A program made the position numbers and the translations under genes. A stretch of DNA of 64,000 bases from assembly GCA_012295275.1 (NCBI GenBank), contig CM022668.1, positions 6,386,001-6,450,000 on the forward strand. Direction: 5' to 3'. Every line of letters begins with the position of its first letter. Positions within the stretch are counted from its first letter, which is position 1. The notes beneath the pieces are model-generated. The model was given only the letters and a program-made list of their open reading frames with translations. It searched no databases and had not been told where the DNA came from. This DNA is from Chrysomallon squamiferum. Its lineage: Eukaryota; Animalia; Mollusca. Below are positions 1-48,690 of this stretch, piece after piece.

Positions 1-335
1 ATGCAGGTGTATAATGTTAATACGGTTGTCTGTGTATGTATATATTTACTATGTCTGTGTATGTACGTAGTTATGTATGCATGTTTGCACGTTTGTACGT
101 GCTAATGTAAGTGTATAACAATGTATGTGTTGTAATTTATCAGCATTTGAATTTAAAGTGTATGTCGATGTATCTATACACATATAGTTATATTATTATT
201 TAACTATTTTCTGATGATTAATGTACGAACTGTTTTGTTTCTGATATTTTTCAGATAACTAATATTTAACCACTCGCCTTGAACTGTGTTTGGTTTTTTT
301 GTAATCAACATCGAAACTAGATATCTATAGCAACC

Positions 336-1726
336 ATGAGCTCCGTCAGCGATCTCCATGACAACAAAACCAAACCAGAAAGAGATGAAAATGACAAGGT
401 CGAAACAGGTTCTGACTCAACTTCATATCTCGACAAAGCCAAAGGAACGACAACTACGCCGGCGGATGTATATGACAGCACCGACCACCGTGATGTAACA
501 ACTGGAGGAAAAAATAAAAAGAAAGAACAGGATGTCGACGAAGAAGGAGTCAAGGACGAAGAAATGACAACCAAGAACAGATTAGAACCGTCTCCTGGAA
601 GAGAAAACAAAAAGGATGGAGCTACGCCAGGAAAAATCCCTGAAAGAAAAGCTCCAGCCGTTATCATGGACGAGAAGGATACCTCTGAATGTCCTGGTAA
701 GACAGCTTACCAGAAGGAAAGTGGTATAGAACAGGATATTCCGGAAAATAAGCGGAAAGGTTCAGAACCTTCTTATGTACCAGCTAAAGGAAAGGACGGT
801 AGTGAGAAACACGGTATTACAGCAGAAGTAAATAAAGGTGTTGCCGACGTTGACCACGACGTCACAGAAGACCCGTCCCAGCCTTTGTTAGGACACGAAA
901 AAGCTGACGACGCAGATGAAAGTATTCGTAAGGATATCGAATTTGCGGATGAAGCTGACGATATCTGTGTGACTGAGGAAATGCCTGAAAACTTCACTTC
1001 AGAAGCTAGTGTGAAAAAATAGATAATCCTGACATTAGTTATCCCAACTCGGATAAGCAGAAGCAGAAGCAACCAATAATTGTTGTAGCAGAGGGCGATT
1101 ATTTGCCTCAGGATACGAGATCTGGGGGTGAAGTGAAAAAAACGATTTTTCCTGACATTTGTAGGGGAGATGATGTTGACACCAAACACCAGCATGTTCC
1201 CGTAATCGTTCTGGGAAAAGATGACGTCCCGAAACCATGTTCTCCATCCCGGGGGAAAAGTAAATCCCCGCTCGATTCTCACTCGGCTAAAAAAGACAGA
1301 GTTAAAATCCCGGACGAAGAAGAAGCTGGCTCCTCGAAGGATTCGAACCCCATTACCGTCACGCCCAAATCCGTGATTGAAGATCCGTCAGAGCAGAGGA
1401 TGGAGCGGTCTGAGAGAAAGATGTCAGACGTCTCAGACGTCGTTCACGAAGTTCCCAACACGAACATCCTCGTTGCCTGTCTTATAACCATGTGCTTCAA
1501 CCTTCCCCTCGGCGCTGTAGCTATTTATTATTCGCTAATGGCGGCCAAAGCGTATAGGGACGGGCTGCGCAAGAAAGGTGCGCAGAGAGCTCGTACGTCA
1601 ATGCTGATTAGTCTGTTGGCTCTGGTGATCACTGTCCTCATTGTGATGTTTCTGGTTCTGTGGATGTCCATCAACAAAAAGAAATTTAAACGTAAATATG
1701 CAAGTAAACCTTCATTCTCACTTTAA
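336..1726 (+). CDS. CD225/dispanin-family (PRRT2/TRARG1/SYNDIG1-like) membrane protein with a long acidic low-complexity N-terminus; about 463 aa after repairing one frameshift at 1014-1019
   Basis: ATG in Kozak-like CAACCATGA at 336, preceded by a 3' splice site tttttcag at 254. Frame 0 ends GTG AAA AAA TAG (1011-1022). The -1 frame is open from 1010 to 1726 (DNPDISYPNSDKQKQKQPIIVVAEGDYLPQ...). The C-terminus VPNTNILVACLITMCFNLPLGAVAIYYSLMAAKAYRDG...ARTSMLISLLALVITVLIVMFLVLW is a typical CD225 domain with two hydrophobic segments. Confidence 0.8.
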
Positions 1727-1760
1727 TACGCATTTTTTAATTTTATTTATTTTCTTTCTT

Positions 1761-1809
<49 letters not shown>

Positions 1810-2319
1810 AATATTATATTACATTTATTGTTTTTTATTTTAATTTTACTTTATTATTTATCGTTTTCCAGTGAATATATAAAAATTCAAATTCAAAACG
1901 GAATGTCTGTAGACCATGTGACAAACGATAATTCTGTGCTTCACTACTTAATATTCGATGAGTAAAAACACCGGAAATTGTTTGTTTTTTTAAATGTTAT
2001 ATCATGTGACTAAGATGATTTGCATTACAAGATGCACGTGCTTAATACATTACGTTACGTCATGCTTGAGTTGCCGAAAGTGTTAAACGTTTTATTCTTC
2101 GTATACTGAAATACTGTGATTTTAAACCAGATTATTTTAGGTAACTTTCAAAGGATCACGTGAGATATGACGCAATTCCTTGTCTAGAGAGATTACGTCA
2201 TATTTCGTCACTGAATCGTCATAATCGCCTGAAATGACGTCATGAAAAAATGCTGAATGGAAGAGCTAATTTTCTTCTATTTCTCTAGAAATATATTTCT
2301 TTAAAAAAAAAAAAAAAAA

Positions 2320-2358
<39 letters not shown>

Positions 2359-3204
2359 TAAAATATATAAATAAATAAATTTAAAAAAAAAATTAAATAG
2401 AATAATTAAATAATAATAATAATAATAATAGTAATAATAATTAACGAAGAAGAAGAAGAATCAAGAAAGGATGGTAAGGAAAAGACGAGAAGAAAAACTA
2501 CAGACGTTAACAGAAATAATTATGTTTTCTTTCTTTCTTTCTTAATTCTTATTGATTCAGTGGCAACATGTGCATGTAAGTGTGTGTATTTACTCGCGAA
2601 TGCTAACACTGGCAACAGAACACATGTGCATTTTCTAACAATAGCAGACAGAAACGACGTCAGCCGAACATATATAACTATAAGCAGCTGTTTGACAATA
2701 CACTGATATCATAATACAGCATTACGAATCTATAAGCAGTTTTAAATTATATTTGCATACTCCTTTTTTACTGACTAAGAAAAATATTTACATTATAAAT
2801 ATGGTTTGTACTATTACTACTATCACTTCAGCTACTGTTAATAATACTACAACGATTATTGTATTACTATTACCATTACTACTGCTACTATTAATACTAT
2901 TACTACTATTACAGCTACTGTTAATACTACTACAACGATTATTATATTATTATTACCATTACTACTGCTACTATTCATACTACTACTACTACTACAGCTA
3001 CTGTTAATACCACTACAACGATTATTATATTATTATTACCATTACTACTGCAACTGTTAATACTATTGCTTCTACTACTGCTACTGATGTTGCCAATATT
3101 TCTGTTACTATATTATTTTTATCATCATCATCATCATCATTATTTTATTATTATAATTTATTATTATTGCCATCATTTTATTATTAGTATTAGTATTATA
3201 TTAG

Positions 3205-3205
3205 C

Positions 3206-3303
<98 letters not shown>

Positions 3304-3316
3304 CAGTAGTAGTAGT
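3205..3316. repeat. (GTA)n microsatellite; representative of dozens of (AAT)n, (CA)n, (GA)n, (TA)n, (GACA)n and (AAAT)n tracts in the window
   Basis: Direct inspection. Other long tracts include 4642-4715 (CT)n, 4957-5050 (GA)n, 12301-12374 (TC)n, 19389-19477 (TA)n, 51962-52540 AAT-rich, 53205-53600 CA-rich and 58643-58783 (GA)n. Confidence 0.95.
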
Positions 3317-3424
3317 ACTTGAAAGGACATTATTAAAGCTGCCAAATTGAACATTTTATTATTATTTTCATCCTGGTAATTTCGATAGCTACAATTGTTT
3401 AATACACTTGTTAGGTCTAGATGT

Positions 3425-3461
<37 letters not shown>

Positions 3462-4638
3462 TATATGCATTTTTTCACATAAAATAGTGCCTTTAGAAAG
3501 TACACAATATTTTCACAGCAGTATTTATGTTTATTCACTTATGTGTGACATTTTTATTGAAATATTCAGAATTACATTGTATAATACTTTATCAAACTGT
3601 ACCTTAAATCTGTGCCTTAATTTCTTTAATTATACGACAGTGGATTAGTTAGTGCCTTTAGAAATGTGCCTAATTTATTGTTGTACGACTATGTATATTA
3701 AATAGACAGAGCCTTCAAAAATGTCATAATTGTTTTTGTACACAATGCGTGAAAATGAGACAGTGCCTTCAGAAATGTGTTTTAACTGATTTTGTACGAC
3801 TATGCATATTAACAGTGCCTATATTTATGTTAAATGTCAACATTGTTTAAGAAGTGTTTGGGTTTTGAGTGAATGTTTGTGTGTGTGTGTGTATGTGTTT
3901 GTGTGAGTGTGTGTGTGTGTGTGAGTGTTTATTAATGGTACATATATTAAAATTCTAATTTTTATTTCATTTTATTTTATTTTATTTTTTATGACGTCAC
4001 CTACCAATTAAATAATAATAATAATAAAATAAATTAAATAAAATTAAATAATATTAAATGTTATTTTCATTACCGCGAGATGGAAATATCTTGAAAGATT
4101 TATCTAGTTATGTCAGAATTATTATGTTATACTTGACCTCTGTTAGAGTACGTTATACCTTCATGCATGTGAATATTTACGCCTAAGTTCTTTAACATGA
4201 TACTACCATTGACCTTAATTTGGCTCAATTCAATTTAACGTTAATGAAGCCTTGATCCAACTATGTGATTTTTACTATCTCTGATATACATCTTTTTCAC
4301 ATAACTGCCTTATCGTTACTGTAAATCGCACAGTGTGAATTGGTCTTTACGTGTGCAGCATCGAATGTTATTCCAGTTGCTGATATGTGTTTTGGCCGAC
4401 GTTTTTTTTTTTTTTGTACTGTTGATTGTTATTTCATGTTCGTTGTATTCTCTTTGTGCACGGAATTTGCAATAAATGAACGATTTTAGATTCGTGAGTT
4501 TGTCCTTCATTCAGCTGATGCACAAATCTTTGGGTCACTGTAAATGTTTATTATTTTCAGACGTGGGAATATTTTCAACACAACGCATGCATGTTGTTTT
4601 AGCCTTAGGAAGATTTATCGTAAATACTACTTCAGATA

Positions 4639-4717
<79 letters not shown>

Positions 4718-4825
4718 CACACACACAGACACATGTACGTGTATGTGTATATACATGTATATACAAACACAAACGTGTATATATATATACATAAATACAT
4801 ACATATATATATGTGTGTGTGTGTG

Positions 4826-4856
<31 letters not shown>

Positions 4857-4863
4857 GTATATG

Positions 4864-4906
<43 letters not shown>

Positions 4907-4951
4907 ACTGTCATGTACATACGCACACATGTATTCATGTATTCATAACAT

Positions 4952-5053
<102 letters not shown>

Positions 5054-5326
5054 AAGTTATCGCTGGTAGTATTTACATTCTTCTTTGCTCTCCAACCCGC
5101 GCCCGTCTCTTCCAGTCACTCTGACATTTCGTTAAGTGAGGTTTTATTTCTGGAAACTGCTGCACTGCAGTCTCATTCCTGTGTCAGTACAAATCAAACG
5201 TGATGAAAGATGATCAAAACAAGATTCGTGATGAAAATGAGAATTCCGTGGTCGTTCACGTGACTGGGATATTTTATATCGTCCTTCTTTATTTCTTTTA
5301 TTCTGATGATTCGTATATGTGTTTTT

Positions 5327-5411
<85 letters not shown>

Positions 5412-6531
5412 GTTTACTTAGTTTTGTTGAAGTATTAACATACACTTTTATTTTATTTTTCTGCAACGCCACAATCCCTGAAAACTGAGCCAACAAAAGT
5501 AAATAACAAAACAAAACCTGCTCCAGCATCAAGGCGTGGAGAAAGACGATAATCTGATATTAATCTTAGCTTTTTGTTAATATTTTGGTTATTATATTCA
5601 CACACAGTGGATTCTGTGAAAACCAGCACTTTTTCATTGTTAATCTATCCAGCTATTGTTAATCTATCATGAACCAAAAAATAAAAATGCTTTATAATCC
5701 AGATGCTGTGTAGTTAGGATTCGGGATGTAAAACTCCAGAACAAATGAACAAGTTGTATGGTAATTAGTTTTGTCAACATCGGCACACAGTTTTGCAAAT
5801 ACGATCACTTCTTAAACAACAGCAGCAGTTTGCACCTAACCAGTCAACCGCGGATGATGAAATGATCTCGTTTCTTTGAAGGCTTAACAAACAATGATCT
5901 TGTTTGTTTTGTTTTTTTGATTATTATTAGTGTGTGCTGATACCTAAGTGAATTCATTCGCTTAAAAATATGAAAACAGAAAGTATCTGAGATTTTAAAA
6001 TGTAGTGACCATTACCAGTAATTCCCGGAACCAACATTTCGGCGGAGAGTAACGACCGGCAAATTCAAAAATCTGAATGGATTGACGATGCACACAATGA
6101 CACAGTGACAGGATTTTCATATTACAGACGTTCTTAAAATGATAAAATCAAATTAAAATATCTGCTGCTCTTGCCGAAAGAAAGCAGACTTTTGCAACCA
6201 ATGTTAAATATGAAGGCCATGATAGAGAAGACTGCTTTGGAGAGAAATGTGAAGAAAACGCAGAGACAGACTATTTCTCAGCTGACATTCGATAGACGGT
6301 TGACAGTAATATTTGTAATAAAACATATTCCAGTTTCAAGTTTAATCTTTATAGACTGGCACTCTGTCCAGAACGGCACATTTTATCGGTCCACAATGAA
6401 GTCGGTTTTGACAGAGTCCACTGTTTGTGTGTGTGTGTGTGCGCGCGCGCGTAGAAAACCAAACTATTAATGAAAAGATAAAATGTATATTTACACAACA
6501 CACATACATACATATATATGTGTGTGTGCGT

Positions 6532-6571
<40 letters not shown>

Positions 6572-7150
6572 TCATATTTCTGTTTAAAGCAATTCGATCA
6601 TCAGCATCAGAAATTCGAACATAAACATGCACATACAGATAAAAATACCCTAAAATAACCAATCAAAATTTAATAAACAAAAAGCTAAGCATCTTGTTCC
6701 ACTGAAATTAGTGACGATCAGTCTAGAAGAGATAATATATTTCTCTACTTCAGTGTTTTTACAAACAGAAAAATTAGCTGTTCCAATCTACCATACTTTT
6801 TCTTTTTTTTCTTTTGTTTTTTTATTCTGTAGAGGTGAGGGTTTTTAATTTTAATTATAATTCAGTAATGTATTTTAAAAAAGAATATTGGTTATAAAAC
6901 GTTCATTCAGCTTCAGGGCTTTAAACTAATTTAGTAATTAGCAATACATAAAGTAAAAACTGTTTAAGGTGAGAAATATGCTTAGCGAGTATTTGGTAAA
7001 CTAAATTATTCGACAAATAAATATAACCGTATGAATGAATGAAAAAAAATAACGTGCTAATCAGAGCTAGCTGTCAATATAACCGTTTTTACTCTTTTAT
7101 AGTGGTCCGTTCTTTAGCTCTAATCCGTTGACAGGTGCCTGCTTCATAGG

Positions 7151-7278
7151 TCAGCCAATCACAATTCGCCGGAACTATCCGTTACTCGGTTGGCAAGTGT
7201 AAACTAAGAAATTGTTTCAGTGTTGTCTGCTGCGGTTTTTCGATACAAATCTGCAAAATAGCTGAGAGAGTGACTTAG
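7151..7278 (+). promoter_or_regulatory. Putative promoter and first non-coding exon of the NME8-like gene
   Basis: CpG-containing patch with a CCAAT box (AGCCAATCA, 7153-7161), an RFX half-site-like GTTACTCGG (7181) and a donor-like TTAG|GTTTGT at 7278/7279, about 560 nt upstream of the ATG. Confidence 0.4.
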
Positions 7279-7660
7279 GTTTGTTGTATTACGAAACTTC
7301 GATCTATTTTTTCATTTAACGGTAGCAAAGTATAAGAAAATGTTACATGTAGTTGTGGTTTTATATAGCGTACTACTATATTAACGGACACTTGTCTATT
7401 ATTACCGATGTTCTGATTCCGGTTGTTACCTAATTTCGTTTTTTATTTTTGTTTGATATTTTGAGATTTTGATAATATTACTGAAGCACCCATTAATATG
7501 TTATGAAAGATTAAACCTGTAACTATTTTATGGACAAAAAGCAAATATTATTTTAATTTGTTTAAAATATTTTGAGCACATATATATTTCCTCAAATTAA
7601 TTTTTAGGACAAAAATAACTTAATAAGGATTTCTTTTCTGAAACTGATATCTTTAGTTGC

Positions 7661-7723
<63 letters not shown>

Positions 7724-7837
7724 CATCATCATCATCATCATTATAAATGATTTTATTTTATTTTATTTTATTAATGCATTTATTCTTTAATGTAGTTTCC
7801 AGAAAGATTATTTTAGTTTGTCAGTACAAATCACAAA

Positions 7838-41811
<33,974 letters not shown>

Positions 41812-41822
<11 letters not shown>

Positions 41823-42087
41823 TTTGTAAACTTTTAAAATCTTGTCAGAAGTCTTCTACTCTGGTGAGTATTCAAATCTTTTTTTTCTAAACTTTAAAAT
41901 GTATATTAAATATAAATAGTTCAGTAAAATTACCTACTATTTGTAGTCTGTAAACTTTTAAAATCTTGTAAAAAGTCTTCTACTCTGATGAGTATTCAAA
42001 TCTTTTTTTTCTAAACTTTAAAATCTATATTAAATATAAATAGTTCAATAAAATTACCTGCTCTTTGTAGTTTGTAAACTTTAAAAT
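41812..42087 (+). repeat. ~124-bp tandem duplication spanning the stop codon and the 3'-UTR donor
   Basis: TCTTCTACTCTG GTGAGTATTCAAATC at 41852 versus TCTTCTACTCTG ATGAGTATTCAAATC at 41976; a partial third copy lies near 42065. Confidence 0.9.
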
Positions 42088-42402
42088 ATACATGTGACAT
42101 TAAAAATAAATAGTTTATTAAAATTATAATCATATCTAAATTTTTATTTTAATAAGAACCTTCAAACTTATCCTATTCTGTATTTTGTAATTTTTGAAAT
42201 ATACGTCACTTCCAAGTTAATATTTTATTGTGTAGAAAGATCTAAGCATTGCCATATCACCCCTTTCTGACATTATCTATCCATCCATCCATCTCTATAT
42301 TTATTTGTTTTGTTTTTTGCTTATTATCATAATTAGTTAGTTAGTTAGTTAGTTAGTTACTTAATTCATTAATTAGTTAATTATTTTTATTTTATTTTAC
42401 AG

Positions 42403-42836
42403 CAGAATCTTCACATGTTTCATCTTCATAAACATTACAACACCGAAACTGATGACGTCATCAAATCTTGCTGTCCAGCACTGACCGTGTAGAACATTGT
42501 TACAACATTTCAAATTTCTTTGTATTACTGCTCAGAGTTCATTGTGTATTATTTATGCAAATGTGTATTACAGTGAGAAACTACAGTTTTTAAACACATT
42601 AAATTATTTTTTTTAATTACATGTTTATCTGTGGTGACTGCTGCAACTTTTAAATGTTGGCTTTTTGTTCCAGTTGTATTCATATTTGTTTTTTTGTTTT
42701 TTTCAGTAACAGGTTGATAATTTAAGTCCAAAGACTTTATTTTAATGATTTTTAATTCAATTTAGGTGGGGTTTTTTTGTTTTGTTTTTTGATTGTATCT
42801 GCTAACATAATATCCATAATTATACTGTTGTTACAA

Positions 42837-42874
<38 letters not shown>

Positions 42875-43320
42875 TGAAAAGCTTATTCTTCCACAATGAA
42901 ATTTTATACATACATATTCATGTAAGTACATATATATGTGGGTATGTGTGTGTGTGTCTCTGTATATAAATTTCCAGTTACAATCTTCTAACAATTATAG
43001 ATAATATATTTTTATTATTAAAGATGTGTGTAAGATTTATGTGAATGTGGATGTGGTTGTGTTTTTAAGTGTTAATATATCATATCTAGTGGAAAAGGAC
43101 TAGACTAGTGTTGAAAATATATAAATATTTATTAATTTTTAAAATATATTTAAATTTCAACATAAAAAAATATAATGGAATTTTATTTTCAGTATTATAA
43201 TACTAGCTATTTTTGTTATTTGAACTTTTACTTATGGTAAAACTATATAAATTTATTTAAAAGCTGTGATATTGTTGTAAAATGCATTTATGTGTGTATG
43301 AAAAAAAAAATGAAATAAAA
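42403..43320 (+). other. Putative terminal 3'-UTR exon of NME8, following a 3'-UTR intron at 41864-42402
   Basis: CTG|gtgagt donor 41 nt after the stop codon; tattttacag|CAG acceptor; AATAAA near 43314. The exact 3' end is uncertain. Confidence 0.45.
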
Positions 43321-44597
43321 TTTGTTATGAAGTTTGTTTTTACTTTTTGAAATGTATTTGAGAGAGAGAGACAGACAGACAGACAGAAAGATAATGAAAG
43401 AGAGTGATAGAGAGAGAGACAGACAGACAGAGAGATAATGAAAGAATGAGAGAGAGAGAGAGGAGAGGAGAGAATGAGAATGAATACATGAATAGATTTT
43501 GACTGATTGAGATTCTAAACACAATTACATCCTGTATGAAGTTAAAAATTGAAAACAAAACAAAACAAATATTGTTCTTTTTGGCACTTTAATTGTATTG
43601 TACAAATGTATTCAATTTACATTTTTCTGTATTATACAATTAAACAGTGTTTAAACATTCTTACATAATTATGCAAATTTATTCAAAAATATTTTTTTAT
43701 CATCATAATCATAAAAACAAAATATATTTTTTTTAATTTCAAAATTTTTAACATGAATGTAATAATGAATTTAGAAATCACAAAAATAAAAAATTGTTTC
43801 AAGCTATCTATAATAAACATTATATAATATCTATATAAACCATATTTAATGGGAATTCTCAATTTGCATAACATAAATAAAATAAATACAACTACAAAAA
43901 GCGAAAAAGAAAAAGAAAAATAGCATAAATTTCCATAAATATTAACAAAAAAAATATTGATATTTAATATTTCCAATGATATATTACTATTTCTGTATAT
44001 CTAAATAATTATTTATATAATACCCAATTAAATTTTACAACACCTACTGAAGATTTCTATTTCATTATTATTTTTATTTATTTGTTTATTTATTTATTTA
44101 TCATTTTAAAGTTTTATTTTATTTTGTACTTTATTTAATTTTAGTTGTTTTCTACTAGATATAATTTTATTTTTTACAATAGTTTTTACCTTACAGCTAT
44201 ACATTATATCAATTCCTATATTAAAGCTGACAGATATAATGTACAAAATGAACTGTGTATCTCTATTTAAAATTTTATATTTAATTAATATACAAGAGAT
44301 AAAAACTTCTATACGATATCCATTATTTATTACATAATAAAAACAAAAATAACTATGTATAATAAAACTATAATTTATCTATATAAATTACTAATATACC
44401 AGTTAAATAGGTTAAGTATTATTTTGTTATGACATTTTTCTTTTTTTCTTTTTTTTCTTTCTTAATGTAACTTTAGTACAATCAATATTCATAAAAATCT
44501 TCAGCAAATTACAAATACTAAAAATTTATTACCATAAAATAATTATATGTGTGTGTATCTATCTCTAGCTGTCTACAAATGTATGTATATATGTATG

Positions 44598-44631
<34 letters not shown>

Positions 44632-45228
44632 TGTATGTATGTATGTATGTATGTATGTATGTATTTATGTACATTAAAACCATTGCCATTTCTGGTAACA
44701 GCTTTATCATTTTATCATAAATAAAATAAAAATATAAATATTATTCCTAACATAACCAAATCATGATTATAAACTAACAATGACCATAAGACTAATCTCA
44801 ATGAAGAAATAAAAAAAATAATAATAAATACTGAAAATGAAAAAAAAAAAAAAAAAAAAAAAGATTTGTAATTTGTTATTTCAACATTTTTTCCCCAATG
44901 ATTTAAATATAAAAATTATGTGAAATTTTTTTTTTGGTATTATAATAACAATAATAATCATAATAACAAAAAAAAGTTAGATTATCAATATATATATATT
45001 TTATTTTTTTTGTTTTTATATTTGCAGATATTGAATTTGCATTTAAATTTGTCAATTAAACAAAACAACATTATAAAAGCTATGCTGACAAGTATACAAT
45101 GATGTATGTATTTTATTGCACGTTAAGTAGAGTATTATATAAATTGCAATACATATGTATGTGTGTGCGCACACATTTGTATGTGTGTATGTGTGTGTGT
45201 TAACATATCAGCTTTATCCAGAGAAAGT

Positions 45229-45259
<31 letters not shown>

Positions 45260-45448
45260 GATACTTGGTAATAATAGATGTAGTGTAAGCAGCAGTGGTA
45301 GCAGTAGTTGTAATGTTATTACTATTATTAATATCACATAGTAGTCATAGTAACTGCAGTGGTAGCTTTTGTTTGTTATTATTGCATTTTTTATTACTAG
45401 AAGAAAAATATATTTATTTATTTATTTTAATTTTTGTTTTATTTTAAG

Positions 45449-45480
<32 letters not shown>

Positions 45481-46979
45481 AGCCATAAATTTTACAATTC
45501 AAATAAAATATTTTCACACTGAAAAAAAAAAATAATAATTTTAATCTTCTAAAGACCTTGATTTTTTTAAATAAAAATAAAACTGCCACTGCTATTTCAA
45601 GGAACATGCAAACTTCAACATAAAATAAAGAAACTCCAGTTTAATTAAATGTTTAGAATTCTTGAATATTATTCTGTACATTATTTACAATAAAGAAAAA
45701 AATAATAATAATAAAAATAAATAAAAAATGATTTTTATTATTTATTATACTTATTTAAATATTTATATATTTATTTTTTGAGTTTTAGTTTTATTATAAT
45801 AATTTATTATTTATTTATTTATTTATTTTATTTATTTTATTTTATTTATTTATTATCTTTATATTTATTTATTTTGTAAGCAACATTTTTAAGATTTTTC
45901 AAAATTTGCTATTTAGATTATCTGTTATTTAAGTAGCTTAAGTAGAACTAAGTAACAATATTCCTACCTACACTTTTAAACATGTTATACGTTTGGAACA
46001 GGAAAAATATTCTTTCATAAATGTTCACATATCTATACATATCTGAGAATATATATATATAATCACAGATGGTCACAGATATTCTGGACAAAGGAATAAT
46101 CTCAGTTTTCAACTTAAAAGAAAATTAATTATGTAAAGATTAAGAAATTAAAACAAAAAAAAATCATTTAGCATCACAGAAATACAGGAAATAAATACAA
46201 AGGAAACAAATAAGAAGATTACTGACATTGTTCTGAAGTTAATATAAATATGCATGTGTATGTTTGTAAGTGCATGTGTGTGCATGTATTTATGTACACA
46301 CAAATTTAATATTATCATTATTGTGAGTACATATTCTTCATCAACTTCAAGAAGTTTTCAGACCACAACATTTTAAAATTAGATAATATTAAAACTGTCA
46401 TATAATTATAAGAATTTCTGCTACATATCTGATTTATAAATTTATTTATATTTTTTAGATTCATTTCATTTTATATATTTCATTTTTTTTATCAGTAATA
46501 ATTCATTATTCTTTGTGAAATATATATATATATATATATAATCATCAAACAGTATGTAACAGTAAATTAATGTTGATGTGGTATAACTGAGAGAACATTT
46601 TCACTTAGACAATTAAACACAAAACAACAGAATTTCAAAACTCCCATCCATTTTTTTCAAAGCACGAAAGATAAAGAAACTTTTATTAAAATAATTACAT
46701 GAACGAAAGCTGACATCACAACCACAGTAACACTAAATATTACAAAATGAACTTTGTTAAAAATATCAAGAATCTATTGAATCCAGATATATGACAGTTG
46801 AAAGGAAATTCTTGAATTAAAGTGTTTTGTAGGAAAATGGTTGAACATTAAAAATAGGACTTTTTAAATATGCCACTGTTATTGCTTTTTCTTATTATTG
46901 AATGATTTTTAAAAATCTAGATTAGAAGATAGATATAAACTCTGAATAATCATATGAATAACATTTATATATATATTTA

Positions 46980-47015
<36 letters not shown>

Positions 47016-47272
47016 CACAATCATAATAGCAGATAAGAAACATTTTAAATTGCTTTTGACAAAATACAACAAACATGCAATAAAATTAGAATTTTTAACA
47101 AAATAATATTGTTCTGAACAGAAATCTTTATGAAAAGCATTAATGATAAATAAATAAACAAAATGTAAGAGCAACAAGCTTGTAAATAAACATGCTTTAA
47201 CCATATTCAGAAGCAATCAAAGGCACCAAAATACATTCAATATTTTTTCTTCTTTATTCCAGTGAGTATATA

Positions 47273-47318
<46 letters not shown>

Positions 47319-47627
47319 TATTTGTTGTTATCATATATATTAATATTTCCAATTGCACCAATGCCAATGTTATGTAACTTGCATTATTTCTTGTAAAAAT
47401 ATATAAACGGATATAAATAAATTTACTATGGTTAAAACAAATAATAATAAAAAATACTGAAAAATGTGTTTTTTAAAATATTGTTTGTAATGTGGGCCAT
47501 TTAACAGTAAACCATTTAAGGCAAAATTATGAAGAACACATTGTAATAAAATGAAATGGGTTAGAATGGAAAAACAGAACATCAAGGAATCAAGGCCAAG
47601 ATAAAAATCTGGATTTGGGAGGTTATA

Positions 47628-47686
<59 letters not shown>

Positions 47687-48113
47687 TAATAATGATAATA
47701 ATAAAAGAAGAAAAAGTTGATATGAAGTTATTAAATATTGATGAATATATAAATATATAGATATATATATGTATATATATATATGTATATGTATATACTA
47801 TTTTAATATGGTAGGCACTTTAAAACAACTGATTTTTTTTTTTTTAATTCTATCTTTACTTATATGTAAGAAATTTCCCAAAAACTTTGCTTCACTCTGA
47901 TCAAATATGAAGCGAGATAAAAATAAATGATATGAGAACAACACAAAAACAAATTTTCTGATAACAGAACTGAGAGATCAAGGGGGAGGAAAAAAAAAAA
48001 AAAAAATAGAGAAAAATAAATTTAAAATAAAATATAAAGAGAAAAAGAAAAAAAATATATTTAAAATAAAATACAACGAAAGACAAAATTAATGTTGGGA
48101 ATTAATGCAAGTA

Positions 48114-48463
48114 CAGTATAACCTCAATTTAACAGACTGACAGAGAAGAAAGCCGATTTAATAAGCTAATAATGGTGAAAGGTTGAATGTTGCCACAAAT
48201 CTTTTAAAATAATAACACTTTAATATTACACTGTCATTTCACATGAAACTTACATTTACGTAATCACAAAATGAGAAACAGATAACTCGTGGTAACAAAT
48301 TAAGGCGTGTGTGGGTGTGGCTTATCCACCTGTGTTACACCCACCCTTAGCATTATGGATTACAAGGATTAGTTAAGGCATCCACTGTTCCAAAGAAACT
48401 GTTCCTAAGAAATTTGTGTGCTAAATTCAAATGACATGCCATTTTCTTTGAATGTGTATGTGA

Positions 48464-48502
<39 letters not shown>

Positions 48503-48579
48503 TAAAAAAATTAGACACATTTTTGTTCACCAAATACAAAGTCCACTGACTTGAGATCCATTAAACTGAGGTCGTACTG
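48114..48579. mobile_element. pogo/Tigger-like MITE, about 466 bp
   Basis: TA|CAGTATAACCTCAATTTAACAGAC ... ATCCATTAAACTGAGGTCGTACTG|TA form imperfect TIRs starting with CAGT and flanked by TA. Confidence 0.7.
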
Positions 48580-48603
48580 TATTAGTATCAGGAATGCAGT
48601 GGA

Positions 48604-48690
48604 TGCACAATGCACAGGGTACACAATACACAGAGTACACAATACACAGGGTACACAATACACAGGGTACACAATACACAGGGTTACAAT
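48604..48690. repeat. 16-bp tandem repeat (CACAATACACAGGGTA)n, about 5 copies
   Basis: Direct inspection. Confidence 0.85.

Noticed and set aside
317-1282. Antisense ORFs over the CD225 gene
   Set aside because: Shadow ORFs of a purine-rich coding strand with no recognisable domain.
6171-6470. 99-aa ORF in the intergenic region
   Set aside because: Non-ATG start, runs into a (GT)n tract, and has no recognisable motif.
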